IMG/VR virus record: IMGVR_UViG_3300017644_000128
Location: 1 to 25,598 of that record
Origin: a virus
Taxonomy: Duplodnaviria > Caudoviricetes
Strand: one strand, 5' to 3'
Length of the DNA stretch: 25,598 nt
In this document: positions 1 through 9,121 of the stretch, in pieces
How the letters are laid out: the number at the start of each line of letters is the position of its first letter
How positions within the stretch are numbered: the stretch's first letter is position 1
Made by a program: the position numbers and the translations under genes
The notes under the pieces: generated by a model
What the model was told of the DNA's origin: nothing
What the model saw: the letters and a program-made list of their open reading frames with translations, nothing else
Databases searched by the model: none

Positions 1-3
1 GTT

Positions 4-633
4 TCAGGCTCCCTTGCGGAACAGCGAGACGAGGCAACGGAGGAGCGTGGCAAGGATGCCCTTGCCCTCGGGCTTTTTGGGCTTCGATGCCGAGGGCGCG
101 GGGCTGGCGTCATCGACGCCGTAGCGGGCGTCCTTCAGCGCCGCCTCGAATTCTCGGGCATGACCGGCAAGCAGATCCGCGCGATCAGTGCCATTCACCA
201 CCCGCCGGGCGCTGACGTAGTCGCTTTTGCGGAGATCGACGAAATCCTCCAGCTTCCGGCCGGTGAAAGTGCCGAGCGTCATGCCTTCGACGAGGATGCG
301 GACGGCGATGTCGGGGCGTTCGGCAAGCTGCGGCTCTTCCAGCAGGTCGAGCCCGAGGCGACGCGACCAATCGGCATAGTTCCTGCGCCCGGTGATCTGG
401 ACGAAGCCTCGGCCCATGAATTTCTTGCCGTCGCCGGCTACGACATTGCCGAGATCCGTGCGGCCCTCGTATCGCTTCTGGGCGGCGGTCGGCCCCCAGA
501 TTTCACGCATGTACCGATACTGGCCGGTCTCGTGCCAGGCGGTGGCGAGGATGTAGGCGCACTGGTTGCGCAGGATGCCTCGCTTGAGGCATTCGGAGAC
601 AATAAGGGGTGTGTGGCCCTGTTTGAGGTCCAT
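4..633 (-). CDS. Endolysin, glycoside hydrolase family 19 (chitinase/lysozyme-like)
   Basis: Motifs AYILATAWHETG, RYEGRTDLGN, KFMGRGFVQITGRRNY and ARRVVNGTDRA are typical of phage GH19 lysins; lies at the distal end of the late operon; amphipathic C-terminus. Confidence 0.9.
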   Translation of the reverse strand: MDLKQGHTPLIVSECLKRGILRNQCAYILATAWHETGQYRYMREIWGPTAAQKRYEGRTDLGNVVAGDGKKFMGRGFVQITGRRNYADWSRRLGLDLLEEPQLAERPDIAVRILVEGMTLGTFTGRKLEDFVDLRKSDYVSARRVVNGTDRADLLAGHAREFEAALKDARYGVDDASPAPSASKPKKPEGKGILATLLRCLVSLFRKGA

Positions 634-672
634 GAGGCCTTCCTTTCGATGAGGAGTCTTTTTTCCCGGCGT

Positions 673-990
673 TCAGGCCGCGGGCGCAACGATGCCGGGG
701 AGTTCGATCACCTGCATGCTTTCCCATCGGTGCTGGGCGGGCATCGTTTCCGCCACATGGGCGCGGATCGCATCGAGCTTGCTGCCCAGGGCGGCCGTGA
801 TTGCAGCTTCGACCTGAGCTTTCGTTGCGGAGTCTGCCCGAATTTCCACGCCCTCGGCCGTGATCCCCGAGGACACGATTTCAGTCCCCGGATAGTCCGG
901 GTCCGTCCAGGTGATGGACCAGTCCACGGCGCGGATCATCCCGCCGTCGCCCTTGAGCCGGGTGAACTCCCACGCTGCATCGAGCGCCAT
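673..990 (-). CDS. Small tail-fibre-associated hypothetical protein (105 aa)
   Basis: AGGAG RBS precedes ATG at 990 (MALDAAWEFTRLK), preferred over the ORF-track start at 1215; sits between fibre genes and lysin. Confidence 0.6.
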   Translation of the reverse strand: MALDAAWEFTRLKGDGGMIRAVDWSITWTDPDYPGTEIVSSGITAEGVEIRADSATKAQVEAAITAALGSKLDAIRAHVAETMPAQHRWESMQVIELPGIVAPAA

Positions 991-1007
991 GTGCCTGTCT
1001 CCTGATG

Positions 1008-1424
1008 TCATGGGCCGATGCGCGTCCGCCATGCCCCGTATTCGTTGATCGTATTCCATGATTGCGTTTGGTCGTTCCAGATCTGGCGGGGATGAGCGAT
1101 GGATCCCCGATAGTAGGTCCAGACACCGGAGGTGTAGGAGTTCCCTTGAATATTCGTGCCGATGCGCGTGCCGGCCCAGGTCAAGGTCCAACTGGTGACC
1201 AGGGATGGGGACCAATTCGTGCCGGCATCAAAGATCTCCCCGCTCGCGGGTTCGCGCACGATGTTGGATTTGCCGCGGAGCTGGCTCATCGAGATCGCCC
1301 CTGATGGGACGCTGGCGAGCCGCCTGACCTCGGCGTCGTTCAGACTGATCGCTTGGGTCGCCGGCCGGCCCAACTCCACATTGACCTGAGAGAGGCTGAT
1401 CGGCCCACTGGCAGGCAGCGTCAT
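1008..1424 (-). CDS. Tail fibre tip/adhesin-like protein
   Basis: N-terminus MTLPASGPISLSQVNVELG...AISMSQLRGKS is a motif commonly seen directly downstream of S74-chaperone fibres; Trp/Tyr-rich C-terminus; ATGA overlap with the upstream fibre gene. Confidence 0.7.
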   Translation of the reverse strand: MTLPASGPISLSQVNVELGRPATQAISLNDAEVRRLASVPSGAISMSQLRGKSNIVREPASGEIFDAGTNWSPSLVTSWTLTWAGTRIGTNIQGNSYTSGVWTYYRGSIAHPRQIWNDQTQSWNTINEYGAWRTRIGP

Positions 1425-2524
1425 CGGCCAGCCTCCAACGCCTCCACCCGGGCCGCGAGCTCCTTGACGGCCTCGATCAGAACCGGCACGAGCTTGTCAT
1501 AGGCGACCACGCGCCAGCGCTCGCCACCGTTGGCTTCGTCCTCGATCGAGCGGTCGACAATCTCCGGAAGGACGGCCTCGACCTGGTCTGCAAGGACGCC
1601 GATGTCGCGCGCGCCCGGGCGGCCGATGAGGGTCGTCTTCCCATTCCATGTAAAGCGCACGCCATCCAACTGGCTGACGATGGAGAGGGCATTCTGGATG
1701 CGCTCCACGTCATCCTTGAGGCGCGGATCGGAATAAGCCGTGATGTTGCCGGACGCGACGACATTGCCGCTCGCCTGCTGATAAAACCGCCAAGCTGCGG
1801 AAGACCACCCGCCCCAGCCGAAGGTTCCGTCGTTGCGAAGGTGGACTTTCATGCCAAAGGTGCCCTGACAATGGAACGCCAGGACTGCGAGGCCAGCGTC
1901 ACCCGAACCTCCAACGTTCCGGATTTCGAAACCGGCATTGCCATCGGTCTGACTGGGATTACCGTTGTACGGCAGGCCGATGAGCTTGCCCGTCATCGTA
2001 CCGCCGGAGAGGTTCAGCTTGGTCTCCGGGTTGAAGTTCCCCGAGTGCCACACGCCGCGCGACACGCCGTCATTGTCGATGTAGTAGATATTGGCAGCCA
2101 GGAAGGCCGCGCGCATCGTGCCGCCCAAATAGAAAGCGTGGCGTGTGTTTCCCGCCATGTAGTTCAACGTGCCGTCCGAGACGGAGAAACCATATGTCGT
2201 GCTGTAGAGTGCGATGTGTCGCGACACGTCCGTGGGCTCGGCGACTGTTTGGCTGCCGAAGTTGAGCCCCTTGGAGCCAATCGTAAGCTTGTCGGCAACG
2301 ACAGTCCCGTCGGCCCGCAGGAAAGACGCGGCCTCGCTCCTGTCGACCTTCTGGTCGAGTTCGTCTGAAAAATCGACCAAGACATCGGCGATGGCCGCGT
2401 CAGTCTGAGCCTGGGTATAAGCGTCGGTGATGCCGTAACCGGCAAGCGATGTCGCCTTGTCGGCCTTGCCCTGCAGTTCCTTGTCGACCTCGTTGCGCCA
2501 ATCGGCAGAGAAAATGGACGGCAT
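1421..2524 (-). CDS. Tail fibre protein with C-terminal intramolecular chaperone (peptidase S74)
   Basis: KADKATSLAGYGITDAYT fibre repeat; VWHSGNFNP..KLNLSGGTMTG; GNITAYSDPRLKDD autocleavage motif, IGVLADQVEAVLPE and terminal coiled coil LIEAVKEL. Confidence 0.88.
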   Translation of the reverse strand: MPSIFSADWRNEVDKELQGKADKATSLAGYGITDAYTQAQTDAAIADVLVDFSDELDQKVDRSEAASFLRADGTVVADKLTIGSKGLNFGSQTVAEPTDVSRHIALYSTTYGFSVSDGTLNYMAGNTRHAFYLGGTMRAAFLAANIYYIDNDGVSRGVWHSGNFNPETKLNLSGGTMTGKLIGLPYNGNPSQTDGNAGFEIRNVGGSGDAGLAVLAFHCQGTFGMKVHLRNDGTFGWGGWSSAAWRFYQQASGNVVASGNITAYSDPRLKDDVERIQNALSIVSQLDGVRFTWNGKTTLIGRPGARDIGVLADQVEAVLPEIVDRSIEDEANGGERWRVVAYDKLVPVLIEAVKELAARVEALEAGR

Positions 2525-2527
2525 GGC

Positions 2528-2824
2528 TCAGCCCTCGAGGAGCGGCGTGGCCACGCCGCGCATCCGCGCCAGCAGAACTTGCTGGTTCACCTCGTTGGCC
2601 TTCACCATCTCGTTGCGAAAGCTCTCGACCGCCGCGCCGGTCTGCCGCTGCTGCCCGCTGTTCTCGATCAGCAGAAGCGGCAGAAAGGCGACGGCGCAGT
2701 TCCACTCCTCGACATCCTTGCCTGTGTTGGTGTCCTTGCCCTGGATCTTGCAGAAGAACTTGCACTGAAGCTGAACACAGTCCTTGCCGATGAGCGGACA
2801 GAATTCTCCGACCTTGAGCTGCAT
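2528..2824 (-). CDS. Conserved small Cys-containing phage protein, partner of upstream fibre (possible chaperone)
   Basis: CPLIGKDC..LQC..F...QGKD.NTG...EWNCAVAFLPLLLIENS.QQRQTGAAVESFRNEMVK pattern recognised from phage fibre loci; start could also be the GTG at 2830. Confidence 0.7.
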   Translation of the reverse strand: MQLKVGEFCPLIGKDCVQLQCKFFCKIQGKDTNTGKDVEEWNCAVAFLPLLLIENSGQQRQTGAAVESFRNEMVKANEVNQQVLLARMRGVATPLLEG

Positions 2825-2826
2825 GA

Positions 2827-3948
2827 TCACGCCGCCTTTTCGCAGACGATCACGTCGACATACTGGACGGCGAGATCGATCGTGTGGGAGTGGGCGTCAC
2901 CCGTGAAGCTGTGGGTGTGGGTCTGCCCGGAGCCTTGGGCGGCTGTCGTGCCACCGTTAAGCGCCACGGTGTGATTGTGGTCGCCTGCCCCAGCCGTCGC
3001 GCCTGCGCTGACGACAACGGAGTGATTGTGGTCGCCGGCAGCCCTGATAGACGTGCCGAACATGACCTGTCCCTCAGTAACCCCCACGTTGCCGCCCGAA
3101 CCTACATAGGTCATGACCGCCGCGTTGTTTGACATGGCGTGACTGTGGTTGCCATTTACCGACGTATTGCCAGTTAGGTTGCCCGGCCCGTGGGCATGAT
3201 TGCCATTAGTCGAGGTAGAGCCTGACAGAGTTCCAGGCCCGTGAGCATGCGACGGCAGATGGGCCACAGCCAAGGCCGTTCCACCAACCGTGCCACCCTG
3301 AGTAACGATTGTAGTTGGGCGCGCGCTGGAAAAAACGGTCGTGAAACTGACCAAGCCTCCGGATGTCGCGCTTCCACTAACCAGGCGCAGCGCCTTGTTG
3401 TCCTGGGTCGTGTCTTTTGTCCATCCGGTAGGCGCAGTAGATTGCTGGAAGAGCATCCGAGTTCCCATCGGGAAGGCGTCGATGCGATCACCGCCGATGG
3501 CCTTGTTAGCACCCGCCAAAATCCATGCACCTGCGCCTCCGTTTCCAGATGCTGAGTACATGATAGTGTAAAGCCCACCCGACTTGAGGTCGCGGGCCAC
3601 AAGGTCGACATCTCCAGCCGCGCCCATGGCTCGTATGGCCTTGGAACCAAGTCCATTGACGTTGAGAGAGACCGGCCCAGTGTTATCCATGACGACGCGG
3701 AAAGTAAGCATCCGCCCATTTGCTAGTGACGTGAACGCCGAATTTGCGGCCAGCGTCAGAGAGTTGGCCGTGCCGCCAGCCGTGAGCGTGCCGGTGATGT
3801 CGTCGCGCCATTCGGCGCTGCGGCTCATCATTTGGCGAGCGGAATCGTTGACCGTGTCGGGGAACTGTCCTTCCCGCCAATCGATGTTGGCATCAGCAAC
3901 GTCATTTTGGCCAGCGACTTTGGACCAATCGTAAATGCTTCCGGGCAT
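2827..3948 (-). CDS. Tail fibre protein with collar-like domain and HxH repeats
   Basis: Podoviral head-binding-type N-terminus (IYDWS...IDWREGQ.P..VNDSARQMM); FPMGTRMLFQQSTAPTGWTK collar-like motif; about seven HxH motifs; AGGAG RBS. Confidence 0.82.
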   Translation of the reverse strand: MPGSIYDWSKVAGQNDVADANIDWREGQFPDTVNDSARQMMSRSAEWRDDITGTLTAGGTANSLTLAANSAFTSLANGRMLTFRVVMDNTGPVSLNVNGLGSKAIRAMGAAGDVDLVARDLKSGGLYTIMYSASGNGGAGAWILAGANKAIGGDRIDAFPMGTRMLFQQSTAPTGWTKDTTQDNKALRLVSGSATSGGLVSFTTVFSSARPTTIVTQGGTVGGTALAVAHLPSHAHGPGTLSGSTSTNGNHAHGPGNLTGNTSVNGNHSHAMSNNAAVMTYVGSGGNVGVTEGQVMFGTSIRAAGDHNHSVVVSAGATAGAGDHNHTVALNGGTTAAQGSGQTHTHSFTGDAHSHTIDLAVQYVDVIVCEKAA

Positions 3949-4312
3949 CGTGATCTCCTAAGCTGTGTTAGGTGCGCTGCCGCCGAGCATCGAGCCGGCA
4001 ATGGTCGACGAGTATTGCGGCAGAGACTTGGGTGTCCGACGAAATAGCGAGGATTTTGGCCGTTCCTTCGGTGAGGCGAACGGAAACGCAGACCTGCGAT
4101 CTTCCCGCCTCCCGCATTCGTTGGGAACCGAGGCGGCAGCCTCAAGGGACGCTCGGTGCAAGCGGCCGCGGCTTCCCCATAAGAAGCGATATATCTCTCG
4201 AGCCTTCCTGGCACTAATGCGAGTGCTCTCGCCGCCGCTGTTGGCTATGTTAGCGCCTACAGCCTCTCAGTAACTGAGATATGACGTAATAACCGGTGAA
4301 ATTCGAGCGAAG

Positions 4313-5185
4313 CTATGCTCGCGCCGCCAAGACGAGGCCTTGTTCTTGGGAATTGTGATTGACCCAAGCCCTAAATCCCCATCTCGAAAGATCTGCATTA
4401 AACCGCTCAAGATCGTAATCGCCGTGGATCTCAGCCGCGATTATTCGCACCTTCGGGAGAAAAGAACCATCGCCAAAGAGCTCAACCTCGGCTCCTTCGA
4501 TATCGACCTTCAGCAAATCGATATGATCGATCCCACGCTCTTCGCAGAGCTGATTAAGACTGATGCCCCTCACGCAGACACCGTCCCCATGAGAATTCAT
4601 CTGGAAATGCGAGCCTCGCCCGCCGGTTGTGATAAAAACCGCTTGATTGGGTTTTGCGGTCACACATGCTTGTATAGGTACAATCCGGGGCTCGCTCGTC
4701 ACGTTCTCCTGCAATAAAGCGAAGTTATCGGGGTTCGGCTCAATACTAAAGACGCGGGCATTCCTATAACGCCCCGCGAGATATTGGGACGTGATGCCGA
4801 TGTTAGATCCAGCATCCACTATTGTCCGAACGCTTGAGGGCGGCAGTAAATCCGACGGAATGTCATAGGCCCTGCGAACGAAAATCTCGTGAAATACCGC
4901 TATGTCACCGTCACGAGGCCGCAACGTGATGGTGGAGCCATAGCCTTCAATGTCAAGATCAATCCGCATTCTGGGACCCGGATCAATCGGTGCCGCGCGC
5001 CAGTTGCGGTAGTGGAATGCTAGCGTGCTGCACATCAGTCGCAGCTTATCCCCGATAGACCGCGGTGCACGAAACGCAAATAGCATCTCGTCTGCGTAGA
5101 GCGACACCTTTCGAGCAATTCTATCCAAGACAATCTTTTCCGCGTTGAAATCGCGTTTGCATATCACACCGGGAATTGTTTCCAA
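4313..5185 (-). CDS. FkbM-family SAM-dependent methyltransferase (moron)
   Basis: IVDAGSNIG, VFSIEPNPDNF and IDLLKVDIEGAE motifs; visibly more AT-rich than core genes; start codon uncertain. Confidence 0.88.
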   Translation of the reverse strand: METIPGVICKRDFNAEKIVLDRIARKVSLYADEMLFAFRAPRSIGDKLRLMCSTLAFHYRNWRAAPIDPGPRMRIDLDIEGYGSTITLRPRDGDIAVFHEIFVRRAYDIPSDLLPPSSVRTIVDAGSNIGITSQYLAGRYRNARVFSIEPNPDNFALLQENVTSEPRIVPIQACVTAKPNQAVFITTGGRGSHFQMNSHGDGVCVRGISLNQLCEERGIDHIDLLKVDIEGAEVELFGDGSFLPKVRIIAAEIHGDYDLERFNADLSRWGFRAWVNHNSQEQGLVLAARA

Positions 5186-5192
5186 CCATCAA

Positions 5193-5214
5193 CCGGCGAC
5201 ATCGTTGTCGCCGG
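5193..5214. terminator. Perfect 9-bp hairpin upstream of the FkbM gene (possible terminator or processing stem)
   Basis: CCGGCGACA-tcgt-TGTCGCCGG; only a weak T tract follows on the minus strand. Confidence 0.35.
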
Positions 5215-5257
5215 CGAGCTTGCTCCGACGCTAGGAACTTCCCGACGTGACGACCTC

Positions 5258-5596
5258 CTACACTATCCCCTTGGTACCGCCCTCGCGCCGTCGACTCTCC
5301 AAGAATTTGGCGACCTGTTCGCCAAGAGGCGGCACGATTTGTGGCGCGGGCGGCATCGGTCGGGGTTCAGGTGGCGCGTTTCCCGCCGCAGGGGTCAATG
5401 CGGAGAGCAGCGGGCTCAATCTCTCGTCGGCGGTCTTCAGCAGCTCGAACAAGCCGTTCCGCCTGACATCGGCTTCCCGCAACCCGGCCCAGGGATCCCT
5501 GGGAGTCTGCTGGGCACGCGGCTCTAGCGGGCCGGTGTTCGCCTGTGTTTGTGAGCCCCGCGGGCCTTGGGGTGGAAAGGTCAGCAGAGACGTCAT
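5258..5596 (-). CDS. Pro-rich hypothetical protein (112 aa), ejection region
   Basis: GGAG RBS before ATG at 5596 (MTSLLTFPPQG); co-oriented with the operon. Confidence 0.5.
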   Translation of the reverse strand: MTSLLTFPPQGPRGSQTQANTGPLEPRAQQTPRDPWAGLREADVRRNGLFELLKTADERLSPLLSALTPAAGNAPPEPRPMPPAPQIVPPLGEQVAKFLESRRREGGTKGIV

Positions 5597-5628
5597 GTCG
5601 TTTCTCCGAAGGGAATGGTGGACAACTC

Positions 5629-6642
5629 TCAGAACTGCTGGCGACGCGGGGGCCTTATCGTGATTTCGAGCGGCTGGCGCCGTTGCGGCACCCCGCTCAT
5701 CACGTCGCGAATGACGCGTTCTCGCCAATCGGCGGGAAGACCGGCCCGATGTTGCGCGGCCTCTATCAATGCCATGCGTTGCGGCATGCTCAGCGCAATA
5801 CTCGAACCGGCCTGCCTGGGACCAAATCTCGCTGCCAGGGGATTGGCCGGCAGCCCAACACTTTCGGGAGTGTTCCGGGGTTGCCGGTTCGCCTCGTCGG
5901 GCGGCAGACTCGTGACGGCACGATTCGACGTTTCAGGTGGCGGCACCGGCTTCGCCCCTGCTTCGCCAGCGATAGAATTCATCCAACTGTCGACCCGGTC
6001 TCCGGCAACGTCCAGGAATGCGTCCCGGGCCGCGGGAGCCCACTTCTCGATCTTTTGCGAGACTTTCCTTCCAACCGGGCTCTTGTCCAGATCCATCTGG
6101 TTTTTGACCCGTTCCCAACCAGCTTTGGCCGGCCGTGACCCCGTTTCGCCGACGCTATTCCAGAAGACGCCTTTAAGAACCTCGTTCCAGGCATTCTTCG
6201 CACGATTCCCGAATCCGCCCTGTCCGCTCCCGAAACCGTAAAGAGCGTCGGCGAGTACGTCGCCTTTCCTTAGCATCATTTTCGCGAGGATCTGTCCGAA
6301 CTTACGATAGGGATATCGGTGGTTTCTATCGTCCGCGTCGATCGCGCGTTGCCATTGCAGGTTATCCTCGTAGTTTCCATACAGATTTGGAGTAAGGCCG
6401 ACGATAGAGCCGCTGCTAAGTGACGCCGCCAATTCATCCGCAGTGCCATATGAGGACTGGTCGGCCACGCCTCGCATGAAAGCGTCAACTTTCCCCGCCC
6501 GATTGTCCCGCTCTGGAAGGGGGCCGGGCTGCCTGTTCCTGAAGGCATCTTCAGCTTCTCGCTGCCGCTGCCGTGCCCTTAGCTCTGTCTCACTGGGAAC
6601 AGGGACAGGGAAGGTGGAAGGGAACGGAAAATTGTTCGCCAT
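5629..6642 (-). CDS. Putative ejection (internal virion) protein, short form
   Basis: DAFMRGVADQSSYGTADELAA...YEDNL..QRAID.DD...FGQI and ALYGFGSGQGG resemble alphaproteobacterial podophage DNA-transfer proteins; position after other ejection genes. Confidence 0.6.
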   Translation of the reverse strand: MANNFPFPSTFPVPVPSETELRARQRQREAEDAFRNRQPGPLPERDNRAGKVDAFMRGVADQSSYGTADELAASLSSGSIVGLTPNLYGNYEDNLQWQRAIDADDRNHRYPYRKFGQILAKMMLRKGDVLADALYGFGSGQGGFGNRAKNAWNEVLKGVFWNSVGETGSRPAKAGWERVKNQMDLDKSPVGRKVSQKIEKWAPAARDAFLDVAGDRVDSWMNSIAGEAGAKPVPPPETSNRAVTSLPPDEANRQPRNTPESVGLPANPLAARFGPRQAGSSIALSMPQRMALIEAAQHRAGLPADWRERVIRDVMSGVPQRRQPLEITIRPPRRQQF

Positions 6643-6726
6643 CGCTCATAAGCCTTTGTGAAGTTTGACGAGAACACGCATGCGCCGCCTCCGGCGAACA
6701 ATGAGCCGCCGGGGCGCCTAAGCCGT

Positions 6727-6850
6727 CCTTCTGGATGAAGGGGTGGACTGAGGCATCGGAGCGAACCGATGCCGGTCCAGCGCGTCGCTCTTGCCGGACC
6801 AGGGCTCAGCGCCACAAATCGGTGTTTCGGCGCGATGCTGAGCGATGGTC
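6727..6850. repeat. Intergenic multi-hairpin palindromic element (REP/RIME-like)
   Basis: CCTTC-tggat-GAAGG (6727-6741), GGCATCGG-agcgaa-CCGATGCC (6752-6773) and an imperfect GACCA..GCTCAGC/GCTGAGC..TGGTC stem (6797-6850). Confidence 0.5.
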
Positions 6851-6868
6851 AGTCCTTGGATCCGCGGC

Positions 6869-8170
6869 CTACATCACCGCCATCTCGTAATTCACCGCCT
6901 TGAAGCCGCCCACCGTCTCCACCACCGCTTCCGGGTATACGAGCTCCACCTCGTCCGCCATGAGGCCGATCTGCGTGATCGCCTCGCCCTTGTAGCGGTA
7001 GGCGTAGACCGGCAGGCCGTTATCCAGCGTGCCGACGCGGCGAATGTCCTCCTTCAGCCGGCGATCGGACGCCTTCACGAGCTCGGCCAGCCCGCCGAGA
7101 ATGCCGACGAGATTCAGCGGCTGCGTCGATTTCGTGGTCTGCGTCCCCCAATTCCCCGCCGTTCCCGTGCCCGTCGAGAGCAGCCCGCCGAGGCGCTGCC
7201 ATGGCGTCGTGTCGGTCTGGGTCCACTGGTTGATCAGGTCGGTGAGCTGCTGCTGCGTGCGCTGGTCGATCTGGTTGCCGATGCCCATCTGCTGCTGCGC
7301 GTCGAAGATCTTGTTGTTCTGGATATTGCCGAGCTGTCCGATCATGCCCAGCATGTTGTTGAAGCCCTGGTTCTCGAGGCCGGCGGCGCCCATCATGTTG
7401 TTGAAGCGCTGCTGCCCGAGCTCGCCGAGTTGCCCTGCGGCGGCGAGCCGATTGGCGATGTTCTGCGACTGCGCGTTCATGCTGTTGCCGATGTTCTGGC
7501 CCTGAATGCCGGCGAGGCCCGACGCGGCACCGCTCTGCAGACCGAGCCGGGCCTGCTGGGCGTTCTCCAGCGCGCCCGCGGCCTGGATCTGGCGATCGCG
7601 CTCCTGGCTGTAGTTCTGGTTCCGCAGCTGGTTGGCATAGCCGGCGACCGAGTCCGACACGGTGCCCTGATGGGCGGCCGAGCCGTAGCGTCCGCCGGCC
7701 GCGAACATCTGGTTCGTCTGGGTCGCGACGTCCTGCGCCCCCTTGGCGATGATGTCGTCGAGATAGGGCGAGCCGCCCAGATACTGCCCCTGGGCGGTGC
7801 CCTTCAGATAGTGCTCCGCCGCGCCAGGCTGACCGGCCTGATTGTAGATGTTCTGGTAATTCTGCTCGCTCACCTGGCCCGGAACGGTGACCTGGCCGGG
7901 GTTCTGGAAATGGTTGGCCGCCTGGTTCATCCAGTCGTTCGAACCGCCGCCACCCATGATCTGGCCAATGACGTTCTGCATCGTCGCGCCCTGCCCGCCC
8001 TGGGCGAGCGTCTGATTGGCGACGGCCATCGGCCCGGTCTGGAACTGTTGGTTCATCTGCTTGTACGCATCGGTGCCCGGCTGGCTCCATGCCGGCTGGC
8101 CGGTGTTGGTGCCGGTCGCGCTGGACTTGCCTTGGCTGCTGTTCGTCGCGTTGCCCATCTCAGCGCCCAT
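6869..8170 (-). CDS. Ejection/DNA-transfer protein (Gln/Gly/Asn-rich) with C-terminal S74 chaperone-like domain
   Basis: GSPYLD..I...V...F...GRYGS.AH motif; C-terminal SDRRLKEDIRRVG...GLPVYAYRY...IGLMADEV. Confidence 0.8.
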   Translation of the reverse strand: MGAEMGNATNSSQGKSSATGTNTGQPAWSQPGTDAYKQMNQQFQTGPMAVANQTLAQGGQGATMQNVIGQIMGGGGSNDWMNQAANHFQNPGQVTVPGQVSEQNYQNIYNQAGQPGAAEHYLKGTAQGQYLGGSPYLDDIIAKGAQDVATQTNQMFAAGGRYGSAAHQGTVSDSVAGYANQLRNQNYSQERDRQIQAAGALENAQQARLGLQSGAASGLAGIQGQNIGNSMNAQSQNIANRLAAAGQLGELGQQRFNNMMGAAGLENQGFNNMLGMIGQLGNIQNNKIFDAQQQMGIGNQIDQRTQQQLTDLINQWTQTDTTPWQRLGGLLSTGTGTAGNWGTQTTKSTQPLNLVGILGGLAELVKASDRRLKEDIRRVGTLDNGLPVYAYRYKGEAITQIGLMADEVELVYPEAVVETVGGFKAVNYEMAVM

Positions 8171-8654
8171 CCATCATGCCGCGGCTACCCGGCTGTTCCA
8201 CGTTCCATTGCATCGGTGTCAGGTTCGGATTGTTGTAGTTCGCATCCATCCAACGCTGGGCCCCATGTTTCAGGAGCGGATTGTCGGACTGGAGGCCGCC
8301 CTTGACCCACGCCGGGATGAAGCGATCGAGATCCAACGACGACGGTTTCCCTTGTGCGGCCTGCACCTGCGCGTTGCGCTGTGCGGCCTGCTCGATCATC
8401 GGGCGGATGTCTGGGATCAGCGAATTGATGCCTTCGTTCGAGACCGGAGCTCCGGTGTATCCAGTGGCGGCCAGGAGCTTGTTCATACCGCCCAGGGTCG
8501 CATCCGAGAGGGGCGCCTGGGTCGGCCCGTCATAGACATTGTAGCCGACGCCGGCATCGTAGAGCCGCATCCCTTCGGAAGCGGCCTTCGTCAGCAGGGG
8601 CTTGGCCCATGCCGGCGGTTCGTTTGTCTGCTTGGAAGTGGTCGATTTTCCCAT
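8160..8654 (-). CDS. Ejection/DNA-transfer protein (small)
   Basis: Start at 8654 (MGKSTTSKQTNEPPAWAKP), immediately after the upstream stop; N-terminus typical of podoviral ejection proteins; YDGPTQAPLS motif. Confidence 0.7.
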   Translation of the reverse strand: MGKSTTSKQTNEPPAWAKPLLTKAASEGMRLYDAGVGYNVYDGPTQAPLSDATLGGMNKLLAATGYTGAPVSNEGINSLIPDIRPMIEQAAQRNAQVQAAQGKPSSLDLDRFIPAWVKGGLQSDNPLLKHGAQRWMDANYNNPNLTPMQWNVEQPGSRGMMDGR

Positions 8655-8655
8655 G

Positions 8656-9087
8656 TCACAATCCCTTGCGCCAGATGACTGCGGTTTCCCGGTAGCCGAG
8701 CGGCTGCAGCAGCCGTTTCCAGCCCTTGCGGCCGACGAGCTGAGCTTCCGTCGTCCCATGTTCCCGTGCCGCCCATTCCTCGATTTGAAGGAGAAGCGGC
8801 ATGCATTCGGCGAGCCGCTCGCCGCCGACTTCCGCCAGCAGCAATTGTTTCTTGCCGGTGGCGTCGATCGCCACGATCTCCGTCACCGGCGTCAGGATCA
8901 CCCGGCCGCTCTCATCGGTGACGATCCAGAGCTGGCGGCGTCCTTCTGCACATTGTTGGAGGATGTGCGCGACGCTCTCCTCGTCGGAGAAGCGGCGGCA
9001 GTATCTCTCCAGACAGCCCACGATGCCCGGCCACAGCGGGGCCATCTCCACCGCCGTCATGGTGGTGGAAAGACGGATGGTCAGCAC
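8656..9087 (-). CDS. GNAT-like podoviral tail-region protein
   Basis: G.RQLW, IEEWAAREHG...AQLVGRKGWKRLL pattern; GGAGG RBS; typical position just before ejection genes. Confidence 0.72.
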   Translation of the reverse strand: MLTIRLSTTMTAVEMAPLWPGIVGCLERYCRRFSDEESVAHILQQCAEGRRQLWIVTDESGRVILTPVTEIVAIDATGKKQLLLAEVGGERLAECMPLLLQIEEWAAREHGTTEAQLVGRKGWKRLLQPLGYRETAVIWRKGL

Positions 9088-9121
9088 GATAAGCCTCCCC
9101 TCTCGAAAGGATTTGGTTCTG

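Noticed and set aside
6845-8305. 486-aa plus-strand ORF
   Set aside because: Antisense shadow of a GC-rich ejection gene; no recognisable motifs.
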